From Coriobacteriia bacterium (GTDB taxonomy: Bacteria; Actinomycetota; Coriobacteriia; Anaerosomatales; JAENZW01): a stretch of DNA of 33,586 nucleotides. This document shows positions 31,818-33,586 of this stretch, one piece after another. The notes beneath the pieces are model-generated. The model was not told the DNA's origin, ran no database searches, and saw nothing but the letters and a program-made list of their open reading frames with translations. Made by a program: the position numbers and the translations under genes. Within the stretch, counting starts at the first letter, position 1, and each line of letters opens with the position of its first letter. The stretch lies in NCBI GenBank assembly GCA_029858605.1, contig JAOUET010000003.1:1-33586 (forward strand), in the 5' to 3' direction.

Positions 31818-32288
31818 CTAGCGGCCGAGCACCTCGTTGACACGAGCAAGCGTGAGGATGCCGATCGCCGAGAGGTAGTTCACGCCGGCGACCGTACGCG
31901 GATCGTCCGAGACGACCTCCTGCGCCGCCAGCGCCGCACGGTAGAACGACTGCACGATCTCGTCGCTCTCGCGAGCCGTCTCGATCTGCGCCATTTCGGC
32001 CGTGCTGAACCGTCCGAGGAAGTCGAGCGCGGTCCAGACCTGCCGCAGCTCGTCGGCGGTCTTCGGACGTACCGTCCAGGTGCGGACGATTCCAACCGAT
32101 GAGACCATTCCCCAGCCGGACACGAGCACCTCGCGAGCGGCGTCGTAGGTCGGCTTCGGATCGTCAATGATCCGCAGGTAGACATCGGCCTTCGGGTTGC
32201 CGGCCGCGATCCACGCGTACCGCACGGCCGGATCGAGGTCGACGATCTCGGCGACGGTCCCGTTCTCCATGCGAGCGTGTTCGGCCAT
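31818..32288 (-). CDS. Tail-fibre-associated / assembly protein
   Basis: Follows the fibre and LamG genes; PTYD...EVL, T.LDF..RF...E, DDPRT.AG...L...GILT..R..EVL. Confidence 0.6.
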   Translation of the reverse strand: MAEHARMENGTVAEIVDLDPAVRYAWIAAGNPKADVYLRIIDDPKPTYDAAREVLVSGWGMVSSVGIVRTWTVRPKTADELRQVWTALDFLGRFSTAEMAQIETARESDEIVQSFYRAALAAQEVVSDDPRTVAGVNYLSAIGILTLARVNEVLGR

Positions 32289-32929
32289 TACCCGTACCTC
32301 CGATGATGCGGCGTGACTGTCGTCGCGTTCTGGTTCAGCGTGACGCCGCGAGCGTAGTCGGCGATCTCGCGGATGATCGGCGCGTAGAACACGAGCGCGT
32401 TCGGCCTGATCTGCGTCGGCTTGAAGCCTTCAGACAGTGCCTTGATCTCGGCAGCATCGAGCGCGACGTTCCAGATCGCCGCCTCCATGACCTCGCCATC
32501 GAAGTAGTTCGACCGTGTCGCTCCAGGCCTGACTCCGATGCCGAGCGTGTCGATGCCCGACATCGTGAGCGATGTCGTGTTGGCGGTCCCAGCCACTCCA
32601 TCCCGATATGCAAGCCGGTTGTTGGCAGCCGAGAACACGGCAGCTCCGTGGAACCAGTTGTTCGCCGTGAATGCACCGGCCGCGGATGTCGCGTTCGTCG
32701 TTGCTCCCGAGGTGACTCTCGTCTGCGCCTGTACCGGATCGCCGGGCGAGGCTCCTCCTGCGATCAACGCGAACGAGTTGTCGACGGTTCTGGCGGCGAC
32801 CGACAGCATGACGATATTCGTCGTGGCTAGATCTGCGTTGAACCACGCCGCTAGCGTCAGCGGAACGTCGGTCACTGGAGCACTTGTCGCCTCGATGTAC
32901 GAGGTCGTTCCGTTGAAGTCGCGTGACAT
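32288..32929 (-). CDS. LamG/concanavalin A-like lectin-domain protein
   Basis: DFNGTTSYI, LTLAAWF, W.H.AAVF, YFDGEV.EAAIWNVAL...EI..L; ATG 32929 (TGATG overlap). Confidence 0.85.
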   Translation of the reverse strand: MSRDFNGTTSYIEATSAPVTDVPLTLAAWFNADLATTNIVMLSVAARTVDNSFALIAGGASPGDPVQAQTRVTSGATTNATSAAGAFTANNWFHGAAVFSAANNRLAYRDGVAGTANTTSLTMSGIDTLGIGVRPGATRSNYFDGEVMEAAIWNVALDAAEIKALSEGFKPTQIRPNALVFYAPIIREIADYARGVTLNQNATTVTPHHRRYG

Positions 32930-33586
32930 CAGGTCGCGTCCCGGATCTCGACCGCGACGAGGCACGCGTCGTTGGTGAGCGTGTCGCTGGCGTTCGTGCC
33001 GTCGCGGCTGATCTTGATGCGGTAGAAGTCGCCGGCGACGATCGAGTCGAGGTTCGCCGTTCCCGTGATCGTTATCTCGGTTATGACCGGCACGCCGGCC
33101 GTGCCGCTCGCGGCTGCGGTCGCCGTGACCGTGTTCGAGAACGCGTCGGCGTCGAGGTCGGTAGCCGTGTCGATCCTCTGCCACTGGATCGCCCATACGA
33201 CCGCGTCGGTGTTCGTCACGGTGTCGGCGGTCCAGGCGAGCCGTACCTTGAGGCCGCTTGTCGTGACGGCGGCCTCGGGCAGGCAGCCGACGAAGATCGC
33301 AGACTCGAGCGCGGCTTGGTCATAGTCGAGCACGGCGACGCCGCTCGTCCTGGTATCGAGCGTCGCATACGCCGAGGTCGGCGGCTGGTTGTCGAGCGGC
33401 GTGAACGCGGCGTAGGTCTTCGTCCCGCCGCCTCCTCCGCCTGCCGGCGTACCCCAGGTCATGTCGCCTCGAAGGAACGTCGAGGTCGACGGCGTGCCGC
33501 TCGTGCCGATGTCGGTAGCGGCGACCGCGGCGACGCTGACGGCTGCTCCGGCCGAGGTCTGCTTCAGGAAGTGAACCGCTCCTCCG
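32929..33586 (-). CDS. Tail fibre protein, C-terminal part (in frame with 837-1 across the terminal repeat)
   Basis: ...FLRGDMTWGTPAGGGGGGTKTY... followed by a ~160-aa beta-sandwich-like tip; the ORF-track start at 33462 is internal. Confidence 0.85.
   Translation of the reverse strand, partial: GGAVHFLKQTSAGAAVSVAAVAATDIGTSGTPSTSTFLRGDMTWGTPAGGGGGGTKTYAAFTPLDNQPPTSAYATLDTRTSGVAVLDYDQAALESAIFVGCLPEAAVTTSGLKVRLAWTADTVTNTDAVVWAIQWQRIDTATDLDADAFSNTVTATAAASGTAGVPVITEITITGTANLDSIVAGDFYRIKISRDGTNASDTLTNDACLVAVEIRDAT
33448..33586. repeat. Terminal direct repeat, right copy
   Basis: Matches 1-139 at 138 of 139 positions. Confidence 0.95.

Noticed and set aside
21438-33196. Long N-terminal extensions given by the ORF track (starts at 22709, 24584, 25493, 28399, 29901, 31283, 33196)
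   Set aside because: They overlap upstream genes or hairpins; downstream starts with stop/start coupling or an RBS fit the family N-termini better.
124-33325. Many long plus-strand ORFs in the track (e.g. 124-1428, 7148-8407, 23484-24554, 28348-29481)
   Set aside because: They are antisense shadows of well-supported minus-strand genes in a high-GC genome, Arg/Ala-rich, with no recognisable motifs.

Overview
The window looks like a complete, circularly closed genome (~33,447 bp unique, with a 139-bp terminal overlap) of a GC-rich tailed dsDNA phage with an HK97-type head and a short non-contractile tail. Every credible gene is on the minus strand. Read in that direction from a sigma70-like promoter at ~12,065, the order is: early, recombination and replication genes (ERF, HTH, Gp157, replication initiator); two restriction-endonuclease-fold paralogs; a DNA methyltransferase cassette bounded by a perfect 26-bp direct repeat; RusA; a metallophosphoesterase; a lysis-like cluster with no recognisable endolysin; tail-fibre and LamG genes; an FkbM-ParB-Mom modification module; terminase; a portal-MuF fusion; protease; capsid; a methyltransferase-glycosyltransferase fusion; connector and tail genes with a -1 frameshift; and Cys-rich tail-end genes. 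I found no integrase, repressor, DNA polymerase or CRISPR array. The most striking observation is a 73-nt tRNA-Gly(UCC)-like cloverleaf inside the last codons of the Mom-family adenine-hypermodification gene (29,838-29,910). It keeps the glycyl-tRNA synthetase identity elements but breaks several conserved positions needed for translation, which suggests a dedicated phage-encoded glycyl donor for DNA modification. A second candidate system is a 14-nt translation-start motif repeated before five to six early genes, plus a near-complementary seed in a structured intergenic RNA. All family assignments come from motifs recognised by eye; no searches were run.
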